This document shows positions 20,676 through 30,627 of a stretch of DNA of 51,141 nt, in pieces (position 1 is the first letter of the stretch; each line of letters starts with the position of its first letter). The position numbers were made by a program, and so were the translations under genes. Source of the DNA: Rhodoferax sp. (GTDB taxonomy: Bacteria > Pseudomonadota > Gammaproteobacteria > Burkholderiales > Burkholderiaceae_C); assembly GCA_021737905.1 (NCBI GenBank), contig JAIPDA010000001.1, forward strand, positions 1 to 51,141. Direction: 5' to 3'. A model generated the notes under the pieces. It made no database searches. It saw nothing but the letters and a program-made list of their open reading frames with translations, and had not been told where the DNA came from.

Positions 20676-21410
20676 TTAGATTTTTTTGGGAATGAGTGCT
20701 AAAAATTCACGGCGCAAGTTCGGGTCTTTCAAAAACACGCCGCGCATGACCGAATTGATCATCTTGCTGTCGAGGTCTTTGACGCCGCGCCAACCCATGC
20801 AGTAATGGGAGGCCTCCATCACAATGGCCAGCCCGTCGGGTTGGGTCTTGGACTGAATCAAATCAGCCAGTTGCACCACCGCCTCTTCCTGGATCTGCGG
20901 GCGACCCATGATCCACTCGGCCAGGCGCGCGTATTTGGAAAGACCGATCACGTTGGTGTGCTCGTTGGGCATGACACCGATCCAGACCTGGCCGATGACC
21001 GGACAAAAATGATGTGAACAGGCACTACGCACCGTGATCGGACCCACGATCATCAACTCATTGAGGTGCTCCGCATTGGGGAACTCCGTGATGGGCGGCG
21101 CCGCGACATAACGGCCCTTGAAAACCTCATTGAGGTACATCTTGGCAACCCGGCGTGCCGTGTTGTTGGTGTTGTGGTCTTGTTCGGTGTCGATCACCAG
21201 ACTGTCGAGCACCCCTTGCATCTTGAGCTCGACTTCGTCGAGCAGCTTTTCGAGCTCGCCGGGCTCAATGAACGCAGCAATATTGTCGTTCGCATGAAAG
21301 CGCTTGCGTGACTGCACAAGGCGCTCCCTGATTTTGACCGAAACAGGAGTTCCTTCATCGTCTAAAGCACCGGCAGCGATGGTTGTTGGGAGGCTTGATT
21401 TCATGTCCAT
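20676..21410 (-). CDS. folE: GTP cyclohydrolase I (type IA)
   Basis: TARRVAKMY, SACSHHF, GLSKYAR, RPQIQE and HYCMGWRG. Confidence 0.95.
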   Translation of the reverse strand: MDMKSSLPTTIAAGALDDEGTPVSVKIRERLVQSRKRFHANDNIAAFIEPGELEKLLDEVELKMQGVLDSLVIDTEQDHNTNNTARRVAKMYLNEVFKGRYVAAPPITEFPNAEHLNELMIVGPITVRSACSHHFCPVIGQVWIGVMPNEHTNVIGLSKYARLAEWIMGRPQIQEEAVVQLADLIQSKTQPDGLAIVMEASHYCMGWRGVKDLDSKMINSVMRGVFLKDPNLRREFLALIPKKI

Positions 21411-21444
21411 GGCTGATATTAACAGTCTGCTAAATCGAGCGTAT

Positions 21445-22716
21445 TCAGTAGCGTTGGCGGGTCACCAGCAGCGCCAGGCGCATCAAAGCATAGGCGGCCA
21501 GATCCAGCAAACGCTCGAACCACGGACGCCGGCTGTATTGGGCACTTTGCAGGCGTCTGCCGCCCTGCATGGCGCCCTCTAAGCGCTCGCGCAGCCCTTG
21601 CGCAAAGCTGTGGTCATCCATCACCATGTTGGCTTCCCGGGCGAGCAAAAGACTCAAAGGGTCCAGGTTAGACGAGCCCACTGTGGCCCATCGTCCGTCC
21701 ACCACCGCCACTTTGGCGTGCAAAAAACCTGCCGCGTACTCATGGATTTCAACGCCGGCCTCCAGCAAAGCGCCGTAGACCGGTCGAGCCGCGTGGTATT
21801 GCATAAAGTACTCGTACTTGCCTTGCAGCAAGAGCGTGACTTTGACGCCGCGCCGTGCCGCCTTGATGAGCGCGCGGCGCAGGCGCCCACCCGGCAAAAA
21901 ATAGGCATTGGCAATCACGATGTCATGACGCGCCTGCCCTATGGCTTTGCGATAGGCCCGCTCGATGGTGTTGCGATGGCGTAAGTTGTCGCGCAGCAAG
22001 AGGCCTGCGCGCGCGGCCGGCAGACTCTGGCTGCGGCCGGCCTGCTGCGGTCGCCCCACCAAGGCTGCGGCGCGGCTGCGTGCCAGATGCGCCGCGCTGA
22101 CGCGTCCGCCATAACCGGCCGCTTTGAAGGCCTCCCAAGCCTCACCCAAATGATGGTGGCGCGCACTGTAGCCCGCTTGCACACGCCACCACAAAAGGGC
22201 TACGGCTTCAGAAGCAGCTTCAGCCACCGGACCTTCCAGTACGACTGCAAAATCCAAACGGGGTGCGCTCAATTGACCGTAGTGCGGGTCGTAAAAGTCA
22301 TCAAGGATGTTGATGCCGCCACAGAAAACCTGACGTCGGTCGACGACGCACAATTTACGGTGCAAGCGTCGCCACTGCTCGGGCCACAAAAGGCTCAGGC
22401 CAGGCCAGCTGCGGGTCAAAGGAGAATAGACCTGCCAATGCAGGCCGGCTGCTGTGAACTGCGCCTGCCATTCGGGCTGCAGCTCGGCGGTACCGATGCC
22501 GTCTACCAGCACTTGAACCGTCACACCGCGGCGGGCTGCACGGATCAAGGCTTGAGCCACTTGCGCGCCCGCACCGTGGAAATCAAAAATATATGTTTCC
22601 AGCTGAATCCAATACTCGGCACGGTCCATCGCCGCAATCAGTGCGGGAAAGTACTCAGCACCACCTTGCAGCAACAAGGGCGGGCGCGATCTGATCAATA
22701 AAGCGGAAGCGGGCAT
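21445..22716 (-). CDS. clsB: cardiolipin synthase ClsB-type phospholipase D
   Basis: Two HxK(x)4D motifs (LHRKLCVVD, LHAKVAVVD) and no N-terminal TM pair. Start ATG 22716 is tentative. Confidence 0.88.
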   Translation of the reverse strand: MPASALLIRSRPPLLLQGGAEYFPALIAAMDRAEYWIQLETYIFDFHGAGAQVAQALIRAARRGVTVQVLVDGIGTAELQPEWQAQFTAAGLHWQVYSPLTRSWPGLSLLWPEQWRRLHRKLCVVDRRQVFCGGINILDDFYDPHYGQLSAPRLDFAVVLEGPVAEAASEAVALLWWRVQAGYSARHHHLGEAWEAFKAAGYGGRVSAAHLARSRAAALVGRPQQAGRSQSLPAARAGLLLRDNLRHRNTIERAYRKAIGQARHDIVIANAYFLPGGRLRRALIKAARRGVKVTLLLQGKYEYFMQYHAARPVYGALLEAGVEIHEYAAGFLHAKVAVVDGRWATVGSSNLDPLSLLLAREANMVMDDHSFAQGLRERLEGAMQGGRRLQSAQYSRRPWFERLLDLAAYALMRLALLVTRQRY

Positions 22717-22776
22717 GTGCAGAGGGTGACACAAATTCCAAACAATGCCAAACAGCCGGCAAAGCACACCGGATTT

Positions 22777-23232
22777 TCAGGCGCGGGTACTGAGAAACTG
22801 AGGCAAATGCAAGATGGCTTCGGCGTTTGAAGCTGAAAAGCAAAGATCAGCCGCCGCCCGCCACTCCAGCCATTGCCAGGCGGTGTGCTCCAGCGGGCTC
22901 AACCGGACAGGCAGCGCACTGGGCACGCACAAGCCGAACACATGCTCCGTGTTGTGCGTCACACCTGGAGCGTAACGGTGGCGCCAGGCAGGGTAAATTT
23001 CATAGACATTGGCGATGCCCCAGTCCTGTAGGTCGGCAGGCTGAACGCTCAGGCCGGTTTCTTCCTGCACCTCGCGCGCGGCGGTGTCGCGCAAGCTGGC
23101 GTCTTGCGAATCCACAGAACCCGTGACGCTTTGCCAGAACTCGGCATGGTCGGCGCGCCGGATCAGCAGAACTTCACTCGCCGGCGTGTAGATCACCACC
23201 AGCACCGAGACCGGCAGCTTGGGCGGTGTCAT
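22777..23232 (-). CDS. nudB: dihydroneopterin triphosphate diphosphatase
   Basis: PVSVLVVIY, FWQSVTGS, Nudix REVQEETG and YAPGVTHNTEH; downstream of aspS. Confidence 0.93.
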   Translation of the reverse strand: MTPPKLPVSVLVVIYTPASEVLLIRRADHAEFWQSVTGSVDSQDASLRDTAAREVQEETGLSVQPADLQDWGIANVYEIYPAWRHRYAPGVTHNTEHVFGLCVPSALPVRLSPLEHTAWQWLEWRAAADLCFSASNAEAILHLPQFLSTRA

Positions 23233-23280
23233 GCGGGTGTTGGCGCGTGGGTCCTGGCCACAGGGCGTGGGCCCGAAGGC

Positions 23281-25086
23281 TCAAGCCGGCAGCGGGTTGC
23301 GCAGGCGGATGTGGAGTTCGCGCAACTGCTTTTCGTCCACCGGGCTAGGCGCGTGCGTGAGCAAGCACTGGGCGCGCTGGGTTTTGGGGAAGGCGATCAC
23401 GTCGCGTATCGACTCGGCACCCGTCATCATGGTGACGATGCGGTCCAGACCGAAGGCCAGACCACCGTGCGGCGGCGCGCCGTATTGCAGTGCATCGAGC
23501 AGGAAGCCGAACTTCTCCTGGGCCTCCTCGGGCCCGATCTTGAGCGCAGTGAAGACTTTGCTCTGCACGTCAGCGCGGTGAATACGCACCGAGCCGCCGC
23601 CGAGTTCCCAGCCGTTGAGCACCATGTCGTAGGCCTTGGCGATGCAACGGCCGGGATCGGTGTCCATCCAGTCTTCGTGGCCGTCTTTAGGGGCCGTGAA
23701 CGGATGGTGCACAGCGCTCCAGCGGTTGTTTTCCTCGTCATGCTCGAACATCGGAAAGTCCACCACCCACAGCGGCTTCCAGCCCTTGGTGAAGAGACCG
23801 GTTTTCTTGCCGAACTCGCTGTGACCGACCTTCAGGCGCAGCGCGCCTATGCTGTCGTTGACGACCTTGGCCTTGTCAGCGCCAAAGAAAATAATGTCGC
23901 CGTTTTGCGCGCCGCAACGCTTCAGAATTTCGGCGATCGCCTCGTCATGCAGATTCTTGACAATCGGGCTTTGCAGACCGTCACGGCCCTTGCTGACGTC
24001 GTTGACCTTGACCCAGGCCAGGCCTTTTGCGCCGTAAATCTTGACGAACTCGGTGTAGCCGTCGATCTCGCCGCGGCTCATCTCCGAGCCGCCCGGCACG
24101 CGCAGGCCGACCACGCGCCCGCCGGGTGTGGTGGCGGGGGTGCTGAAGACCTTGAAGTCCACGCTGGCCATGACGTCGGTGAGCTCGGTGAATTCGAGGT
24201 TCACGCGCAGGTCGGGCTTGTCCGAGCCAAAGCGGTGCATCGCGTCGTGATAAGCCATCACAGGGAACTCGCCCAGGTCGGTGGCCAGCACGGTCTTGAA
24301 AATATTGCTGATCATGCCCTGGAACATGTCGCGGATGTCCTGCTCAGCCATGAACGAGGTTTCAATATCAATTTGCGTGAATTCCGGCTGGCGGTCAGCA
24401 CGCAAGTCTTCGTCGCGAAAGCACTTGGTGATCTGGTAGTAGCGGTCAAAGCCGGCGACCATGAGCAACTGCTTGAAGAGTTGCGGGCTTTGCGGCAGCG
24501 CAAAGAACTGGCCTTCGTTGACGCGGCTGGGCACCAGGTAGTCACGCGCGCCTTCGGGCGTGCTTTTGGTGAGCATCGGTGTTTCGATGTCGATGAAGCC
24601 ATTGGCATCAAGGAACTTGCGCGTTTCCATGGCCACGCGGTAGCGCAGCATCAGGTTGTTTTGCATGTAAGGGCGGCGCAGGTCCAGCACCCGGTGGGTC
24701 AGGCGCGTGGTTTCCGACAGGTTGTCATCGTCCAGCTGAAAGGGCGGCGTCACGCTGGGGTTGAGCACGGTGAGTTCGTGGCACAGCACTTCAATCTTGC
24801 CGCTTTTGAGGTTGTCGTTGACAGTGCCCTCGGGGCGGGCACGCACCAGGCCCTTGATCTGAACACAGAACTCGTTGCGAACGCCTTCAGCAGTTTTGAA
24901 CATATCGGCGCGGTCCGGGTCACAGACCACCTGCACATAGCCTTCGCGGTCGCGCAGGTCAATGAAGATCACCCCGCCATGGTCACGGCGGCGGTTCACC
25001 CAGCCGCACAAGCTGACCGTCTGACCCATCAAGGCGTCGGTGACCAGGCCGCAATAGTGGGAGCGCATTTGGGAGGCGATGGACAT
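23281..25086 (-). CDS. aspS: aspartate--tRNA ligase
   Basis: [37 protein letters not shown] and [12 protein letters not shown]. Confidence 0.98.
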   Translation of the reverse strand: MSIASQMRSHYCGLVTDALMGQTVSLCGWVNRRRDHGGVIFIDLRDREGYVQVVCDPDRADMFKTAEGVRNEFCVQIKGLVRARPEGTVNDNLKSGKIEVLCHELTVLNPSVTPPFQLDDDNLSETTRLTHRVLDLRRPYMQNNLMLRYRVAMETRKFLDANGFIDIETPMLTKSTPEGARDYLVPSRVNEGQFFALPQSPQLFKQLLMVAGFDRYYQITKCFRDEDLRADRQPEFTQIDIETSFMAEQDIRDMFQGMISNIFKTVLATDLGEFPVMAYHDAMHRFGSDKPDLRVNLEFTELTDVMASVDFKVFSTPATTPGGRVVGLRVPGGSEMSRGEIDGYTEFVKIYGAKGLAWVKVNDVSKGRDGLQSPIVKNLHDEAIAEILKRCGAQNGDIIFFGADKAKVVNDSIGALRLKVGHSEFGKKTGLFTKGWKPLWVVDFPMFEHDEENNRWSAVHHPFTAPKDGHEDWMDTDPGRCIAKAYDMVLNGWELGGGSVRIHRADVQSKVFTALKIGPEEAQEKFGFLLDALQYGAPPHGGLAFGLDRIVTMMTGAESIRDVIAFPKTQRAQCLLTHAPSPVDEKQLRELHIRLRNPLPA

Positions 25087-25147
25087 ACGGGTTTACTTCT
25101 CGGTTAACAATTCAGGCGAAACGGGCGACGCAGCGTCCGGCCAAAAA

Positions 25148-25771
25148 TCAGGACAGTTTTTTAGGGGGAGTGTTGCCAGGAGAGACTACGCCCATGGAAA
25201 TCACATAGGTCAGTGCTTCATCAACGCTCATCTGAAGCTCAATGCAGTCGCTGGCCTTGAACATGACAAAGTAGCCGCCGGTCGGATTCGGCGTGGTGGG
25301 CACATACACACTGAGGTAGTCTGTGCCCAAGTGGTTGACCACATCACCGCCCGGCGTGCCGGTCTGAAAGCCGATGGTCCAGACGCCTTCACGCGGCCAC
25401 TGCACCAGCACTGCTTTGCGAAATGCATTGCCATTTTCGGAGAACAAAGTGTCCGAGACCTGTTTGACGCTGGAGTAAATCGAACGGACGATGGGGATTC
25501 GGCCGAGCAGCGCGTCCCACCAACCAACCAGCTTGCGGCCCAAGAAGTTACTCGCCACGGCCCCGATCAGCAGCACGATACCGAGCGCCAGCAGGACGCC
25601 AAAGCCCGGCACATGAAAACCAATCAAATAGTCAGGATGCCATTGGCGTGGCAGTATTTGTAAAGTCTGATCCAGCGTGCCAACGATCCAGTCCAACAAC
25701 CAGACCGTGATGGCCAGTGGCACCAGCACCAGCAGACCCGCCAACAACCAGCGACGTACGGCGGCCATCAC
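25148..25771 (-). CDS. DUF502 domain membrane protein
   Basis: RIPIVRSIYSSVKQ, VYVPTTPNPTGG and MSVDEAL..VISMG. Confidence 0.88.
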   Translation of the reverse strand: MMAAVRRWLLAGLLVLVPLAITVWLLDWIVGTLDQTLQILPRQWHPDYLIGFHVPGFGVLLALGIVLLIGAVASNFLGRKLVGWWDALLGRIPIVRSIYSSVKQVSDTLFSENGNAFRKAVLVQWPREGVWTIGFQTGTPGGDVVNHLGTDYLSVYVPTTPNPTGGYFVMFKASDCIELQMSVDEALTYVISMGVVSPGNTPPKKLS

Positions 25772-26097
25772 GCAGAATGACCCGTGTTAAGCGCTGCAGG
25801 TGCAGCAGCAGGGGCGCTGGCGGGTGCCGCCGAGCTGGTCGTTGATGCGGTGTCGGCGCTGGTTGCACCAGCCGGGGCAGCTTCAGAGCTTGCCGGTGCC
25901 GAAGCGGCCGAATTGCCGCCCCGAAAATCTGTCGCATACCAGCCGGAGCCTTTGAGCTGAAAACCGGCGGCCGTCACTTGTTTTTTAAAAGCAGGCGCAT
26001 TGCATTGGGGGCAATCACTCAAAGGAGCGTCCGACATTTTTTGTAAAACGTCCTTGGTATGCCCGCAGGACTCGCATTTGTAAGCGTAGATTGGCAT
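25768..26097 (-). CDS. FmdB family zinc-ribbon protein
   Basis: MPIYAYKCESCGH...CPQC...FQLKGSGWYATDF followed by an Ala/Ser/Pro tail. Confidence 0.9.
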   Translation of the reverse strand: MPIYAYKCESCGHTKDVLQKMSDAPLSDCPQCNAPAFKKQVTAAGFQLKGSGWYATDFRGGNSAASAPASSEAAPAGATSADTASTTSSAAPASAPAAAPAALNTGHSA

Positions 26098-26159
26098 ATT
26101 TTGAGGGGTTTTAAAGTGGGCAAGTGCGCCTGAAAAAGGCGTCAGGATGCAAACCCTCA

Positions 26160-26165
26160 ATTATA
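26160..26165 (-). promoter_or_regulatory. putative sigma70 -10 element upstream of the FmdB-like gene
   Basis: Perfect TATAAT on the minus strand in the ubiB/FmdB-like spacer; no clear -35. Confidence 0.45.
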
Positions 26166-26190
26166 GGCGCTGGCTCCGGCAGCTTTCAAT

Positions 26191-27735
26191 TTACTGGGCG
26201 GGCAGCAGCAAGACGGCCAGCACCCCCAGCAAAAACCCGATACCGACGTAAAGCAGGCCGCGCAACAGCTTGTTGGTTCGTTTTTGCTCCTCTAGCAGTT
26301 CGCTGAGTTCGCTGCGCTGGCCCGAGACCTGTTGCTTGAGAAGCTGATGCAAAAGTCGAGGCAATGTCGGCAGCAGTTTGGCGTAGCTGGGCGCTTCGGC
26401 CTTGAGCTGGGCCAACAATTTTTTCGGCCCGATCTGCTCGAGCATCCATTTCTCCAGAAAAGGCTTGGCGGTGCTCCACAAATCAAGGTCCGGGTCGAGT
26501 TCGCGGCCCAGGCCCTCAACGTTCAGCAGCGTTTTTTGCAGCAGCACCAGCTGAGGCTGGACTTCCACATCAAAGCGCCGCGAGGTCTGGAACAGCCGCA
26601 AAAGCACCATGCCAAGCGAGATTTCTTTGAGCGGACGGTCAAAGTAAGGCTCGCAGCAGGCGCGGATAGCCGACTCGAGCTCGTCCACACGCGTGCGCGC
26701 CGGCACCCAACCCGACTCGATGTGCAGCTCGGCCACGCGCTTGTAGTCGCGCCTGAAAAATGCCGAAAAGTTTTGCGCCAGGTATTCCTTATCGACTTCA
26801 GTGAGCGTTCCGACGATGCCGAAATCCAGCGAGATATAGCGCCCGAAAGTGGCAGCATCCAGGCTGACCTGAATATTGCCCGGGTGCATGTCGGCGTGGA
26901 AAAAGCCATCGCGAAAAACCTGGGTGAAAAAAATTGTCACGCCGTCCCGGGCCAGCTTGGGGATGTCCACGCCGGCATCGCGCAGACGCTGCACCTGGCT
27001 GATGGGCACGCCCTTCATGCGCTGCATCACCATCACGTCGGTCATGCAGAAGTCCCAGACCATCTCCGGAATCAACACCAGATCCAAGCCCTGCATGTTG
27101 CGCCGCAATTGGGCTGCGTTACCGGCTTCTCGCAACAAGTCCAACTCATCATGCAAATAGGTGTCGAATTCGGCCACCACTTCGCGGGGTTTGAGCCGCT
27201 TGCCGTCAGCAGACAAGCGCTCGACCCAGCTGGCCATCATGTGCATCAGGGCCAGGTCTTTTTCAATGGCCGGCAGCATGTTGGGCCGCAAGACTTTGAC
27301 GGCGACTTCACGCCCGCCGGGCAACACCGCAAAGTGCACCTGGGCAATGGAGGCACTGGCCACCGGCGTTTGCTCAAAACTGGCAAAAATACTGTCCAGA
27401 GGCCGGCCAAAAGCGCGCTCGATGATGGCAACCGCCACAGCCGATTCAAACGGCGGCACGCGGTCTTGCAGGCTAGCCAATTCATTCGCGATATCCAGGG
27501 GCAGCAGATCGCGCCGCGTTGACATGACCTGGCCGAACTTCACAAAAATAGGGCCTAGTCTTTCCAGCGCCAGGCGCAGTCGCTCACCGCGCGGCGCGTT
27601 CAGATTGCGACCGAGGCAGACGATGCGCTTTAAAAGACGTATCCAGGGGTTTTTGAAGCTCGACAGCACCAGCTCATCAAGACCAAAGCGCAGTACCGTC
27701 CAGACGATAAAAAACCCGCGAAACAACCGGCTCAT
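26191..27735 (-). CDS. ubiB: ubiquinone biosynthesis protein kinase-like UbiB
   Basis: [33 protein letters not shown] and DFGIVG. Confidence 0.96.
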   Translation of the reverse strand: MSRLFRGFFIVWTVLRFGLDELVLSSFKNPWIRLLKRIVCLGRNLNAPRGERLRLALERLGPIFVKFGQVMSTRRDLLPLDIANELASLQDRVPPFESAVAVAIIERAFGRPLDSIFASFEQTPVASASIAQVHFAVLPGGREVAVKVLRPNMLPAIEKDLALMHMMASWVERLSADGKRLKPREVVAEFDTYLHDELDLLREAGNAAQLRRNMQGLDLVLIPEMVWDFCMTDVMVMQRMKGVPISQVQRLRDAGVDIPKLARDGVTIFFTQVFRDGFFHADMHPGNIQVSLDAATFGRYISLDFGIVGTLTEVDKEYLAQNFSAFFRRDYKRVAELHIESGWVPARTRVDELESAIRACCEPYFDRPLKEISLGMVLLRLFQTSRRFDVEVQPQLVLLQKTLLNVEGLGRELDPDLDLWSTAKPFLEKWMLEQIGPKKLLAQLKAEAPSYAKLLPTLPRLLHQLLKQQVSGQRSELSELLEEQKRTNKLLRGLLYVGIGFLLGVLAVLLLPAQ

Positions 27736-28286
27736 GTGCCCGCCTGCAGGTCTTTGGAGGCTGTGCCAAATGACGGCTTGGGCGCTTGCGCCAGGAAAGT
27801 GCGCAGCCTGGCCAGCAAGCGCTGACCGGCATCAACCATGGCATGCGCAGGCACATCACCGAACAGGCGGGACAGGTCCTCCTCGATGTCCCAACGCAGG
27901 TTGTCAGCCAACCAGCCCAGCTCGGCTGCCAGCATCACGTCGCCCTCAATTTTCACCGCCGGTGCTTTGCCTTGCAGCACCGACTGGGCCAGAGTCCAGG
28001 GGGCTTGCTCAGTAATGATCAGCGTCAGATCTGCTGGCACACCGGCCGGGGCCAGGTCGGTCAGTCCGGCGGGGGTGATCAGCAAATCCAAGGAAAAGCC
28101 AGCCCATTGGGCGCGCACGACGCTGCCTTTTTTGCGGGCCAACCGGCTCTGGGCTTCTTTTTCCTGCATCAACACATGGTTGAGCAGCAGCACCAGCCGC
28201 TGCTGTCCCTCAGCCACCAGCCAGGGCGGCGGTTGAAGTTGCTTGACGAAGGATTCCAGAAAAGAAAAAGGGGACGATGTATTCAT
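27732..28286 (-). CDS. ubiJ: UbiJ-like SCP2-domain ubiquinone accessory protein
   Basis: LLLNHVL, IEGDV and [15 protein letters not shown]; lies between ubiE and ubiB with a 4-nt overlap. Confidence 0.75.
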   Translation of the reverse strand: MNTSSPFSFLESFVKQLQPPPWLVAEGQQRLVLLLNHVLMQEKEAQSRLARKKGSVVRAQWAGFSLDLLITPAGLTDLAPAGVPADLTLIITEQAPWTLAQSVLQGKAPAVKIEGDVMLAAELGWLADNLRWDIEEDLSRLFGDVPAHAMVDAGQRLLARLRTFLAQAPKPSFGTASKDLQAGT

Positions 28287-28348
28287 ACGTCCCCGATTTT
28301 GACGGATAAATGCGGCGCCGACCGGTTGGCCTGCGCGCAAACCTTAAA

Positions 28349-29323
28349 TCATTGCAAGGCCTGTACGCCCGCCACCAGCCAGCCGCCTGCGCCATGACGC
28401 GGCTTGGACATGTTCCAGACCTCGCGAAATGGGCTGGGGCCCGCAGATTCGTCTTCGCGGATCATTCCGGAGAATTCGACGCTGGCCAGATAAACCTCCG
28501 TCGTTTCTTCAATACCGAGCAGCTGCGCATCCAAGCGCAATACGTCAGTCTTGTTGACCGTACCTCCGGTGTGCGACTCACGTTCAGCCAACTGGGTTTT
28601 GATCTGATCAAGCATTTCATCGGTCATCATCTCGCGCAATGCACTGATGTCTGAACGATCCCAAGCGCCTTGCAGCGTCACAAAATTGGTTTTGCAGGCG
28701 GCCAGAAAACCCTCGGAGTCAAACCCCGCAGGAACGCCCCAAGTCTGTGCGCCCAGCAAAGCTGACCCGATCATGGAGCCGCCTTGAGCCGCAGTGCCGT
28801 TTGCAGCCGGAGAAGCCTCAAAGGCAGTGCTTGCACGCTCCCAGGGCCGGGCCGAAGCGTCGTTACCGACATTGGCAGGGCTGTAGCCAGGCGCAGGGCT
28901 TGCACCGGCGCCTTGGAAAGCGAAGGGTGATTCTGAGGTCTGACCGGCGCCTTCACGGCGGGACTTCAGGTAGCGCAAGACAAAACCGACCACCAACATG
29001 ATGGCCAGGGCGGCCAGCGCAAAGGTCATGAACTGGGCCATGCCCTCGCCAAAACCCAGGGATGAGGCCAGCCAGGCCAAGCCAAGGCCTGCGGCCAGAC
29101 CGCCCAGCATGGCGCCCCAAGGTCGCTTGGGTGCAGCGGCAGCAGGTGCGGCGGCGGGAGCAGCTGGTTTGGCTGCAGCAGGTGCGGCCTCGCGCTGAGT
29201 GACATTGGACGACTGCTTGCCGACCGACTTGCCACCGCCCATGCGCTTAGCTTCGGCGTCAGCGCCAGTGAACACCATGGCCACAGTGAGCGCGACCAAA
29301 GACAGGGTTGACCAGATTTTCAT
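28349..29323 (-). CDS. Tim44 domain-containing protein
   Basis: Signal peptide plus KRMGGGKSVG, a TM pair, and C-terminal FREVWNM...WLVAGVQ; AAGGAG RBS before ATG 29323. Confidence 0.88.
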   Translation of the reverse strand: MKIWSTLSLVALTVAMVFTGADAEAKRMGGGKSVGKQSSNVTQREAAPAAAKPAAPAAAPAAAAPKRPWGAMLGGLAAGLGLAWLASSLGFGEGMAQFMTFALAALAIMLVVGFVLRYLKSRREGAGQTSESPFAFQGAGASPAPGYSPANVGNDASARPWERASTAFEASPAANGTAAQGGSMIGSALLGAQTWGVPAGFDSEGFLAACKTNFVTLQGAWDRSDISALREMMTDEMLDQIKTQLAERESHTGGTVNKTDVLRLDAQLLGIEETTEVYLASVEFSGMIREDESAGPSPFREVWNMSKPRHGAGGWLVAGVQALQ

Positions 29324-29404
29324 AATGTCTCCTTTAAATCGATTCTTGACTATTTCAGAAATTCCAACAAAGGAAATCGTCAAATTCAGTCAATCCTTTG
29401 GAAA

Positions 29405-30136
29405 TCAACACTTAATTGCAACATGTAAGGCCACCATACCGCCAGAAAGGTTGTGATAGTCCACATGACCAAAACCCCCTTTATGCATCATGGTCTTCAG
29501 TGCATCCTGGTCCGGGTGCATGCGGATGGACTCCGCCAGGTAGCGGTAACTGGCATCGTCATTGGCCACCCATTTGCCCAAAAGTGGCAGCACTTTGAAG
29601 GAGTACCAGTCATAAGCCTTCGCCAGCGGCTTGGCAACTTTGGAAAACTCCAACACCAGCAATTTACCCATGGGCTTGAGGACGCGGTGCATTTCCTGCA
29701 GCGCCACCTCCTTGTGGGTCATGTTGCGCAGACCGAAAGCAACGGTCACCAGGTCAAAACTGGCATCGGGAAAAGGTAATTTCTCGGCATCGCAGACCAG
29801 GGTGGGCAAAGCCACCCCGGCATCGAGCAAACGGTTACGCCCTTCGCTGAGCATGGCTGCGTTGATGTCGGTGTGTACCACCCGGCCGCTGGCGCCAACT
29901 TGCGGCGCAAAAGCCATGGCCAAATCACCCGTTCCGCCGGCGATATCAAGCACCGACTGGCCCTCGCGCACATCGGCCACTTTGACTGTGTAGGCCTTCC
30001 AGACGCGGTGCAGTCCGGCGGACATCAGGTCGTTCATGACGTCGTATTTGGACGCCACCGAGTCGAAAACGCCACGCACACGGCGGGCTTTTTCCTGCTC
30101 TTCGACGGATTCAAATCCGAAATGGGTCTGGCTCAT
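29405..30136 (-). CDS. ubiE: ubiquinone/menaquinone C-methyltransferase
   Basis: [29 protein letters not shown] and [10 protein letters not shown]. Confidence 0.97.
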   Translation of the reverse strand: MSQTHFGFESVEEQEKARRVRGVFDSVASKYDVMNDLMSAGLHRVWKAYTVKVADVREGQSVLDIAGGTGDLAMAFAPQVGASGRVVHTDINAAMLSEGRNRLLDAGVALPTLVCDAEKLPFPDASFDLVTVAFGLRNMTHKEVALQEMHRVLKPMGKLLVLEFSKVAKPLAKAYDWYSFKVLPLLGKWVANDDASYRYLAESIRMHPDQDALKTMMHKGGFGHVDYHNLSGGMVALHVAIKC

Positions 30137-30170
30137 GTCCTCAATGCCCCGCTTGAAGTGATGTGGCCGG

Positions 30171-30189
30171 AAAAATGATTTTCATCACC
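30171..30189 (-). promoter_or_regulatory. Fur-box-like sequence upstream of ubiE
   Basis: Minus strand GGTGATGAAAATCATTTTT matches the consensus GATAATGATAATCATTATC at 14/19 positions. Confidence 0.3.
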
Positions 30190-30195
30190 AAGGCC

Positions 30196-30615
30196 TCAAT
30201 GACTGGCGCAAGCCGAGCCGCCGGCCGCGTTCATGGGGGCGTCTCGCTCGACGCCGGCCGCCTGCAAACGGGCCAGGTAATCAGCCCACAAACGGTCTTG
30301 CTCAGAGCCCAGGAAGTACAGGTAGTCCCAGGAAAAAAGGCCGCTGTCGTGGCCGTCTGAAAACACCGGCTTGACAGCATAGTTGCCGACAGGCTCCAGC
30401 TCGAGCAGCGTGACCTCGCGCTTGCCGGTCTGCAGCACTTCCTGGCCGGGCCCGTGGCCCTGCACCTCGGCCGAGGGCGAGTACACGCGCATCAACTCAA
30501 AGGGAATGCGAAAGTCTGAACCATCGGAAAACCCCACCTGCAGCTGCCTTGACTGGCTGTGCACCGTGATGGCCGAGGGTGTCGGAGCACCTGCTTGTAG
30601 TCCTGCCATAACCAT
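30196..30615 (-). CDS. DUF971 / gamma-butyrobetaine hydroxylase N-terminal-like protein
   Basis: ELMRVYSPSAEVQGHG, PVGNYA and FSDGHDSGLFSW. Alternative start at 30609. Confidence 0.88.
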   Translation of the reverse strand: MVMAGLQAGAPTPSAITVHSQSRQLQVGFSDGSDFRIPFELMRVYSPSAEVQGHGPGQEVLQTGKREVTLLELEPVGNYAVKPVFSDGHDSGLFSWDYLYFLGSEQDRLWADYLARLQAAGVERDAPMNAAGGSACASH

Positions 30616-30627
30616 TGTTTCCCGGGG

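Noticed and set aside
22011-22100. Recurring GCTGCG(G) words in a clsB inter-domain insertion
   Set aside because: Irregularly spaced low-complexity Ala/Arg/Ser-coding sequence, not a true repeat element.
23104-25107. 667-aa plus-strand ORF, and similar long antisense ORFs over the GMC gene, ubiB, obgE and prfA
   Set aside because: Shadow frames opposite well-supported genes, expected with high-GC codon bias; no recognisable motifs.
25780-25910. Ala/Pro/Ser-rich repeats in the FmdB-like tail (also in Tim44 and DUF3306)
   Set aside because: Ordinary disordered linkers with no nucleotide-level periodicity or CRISPR-like spacing.
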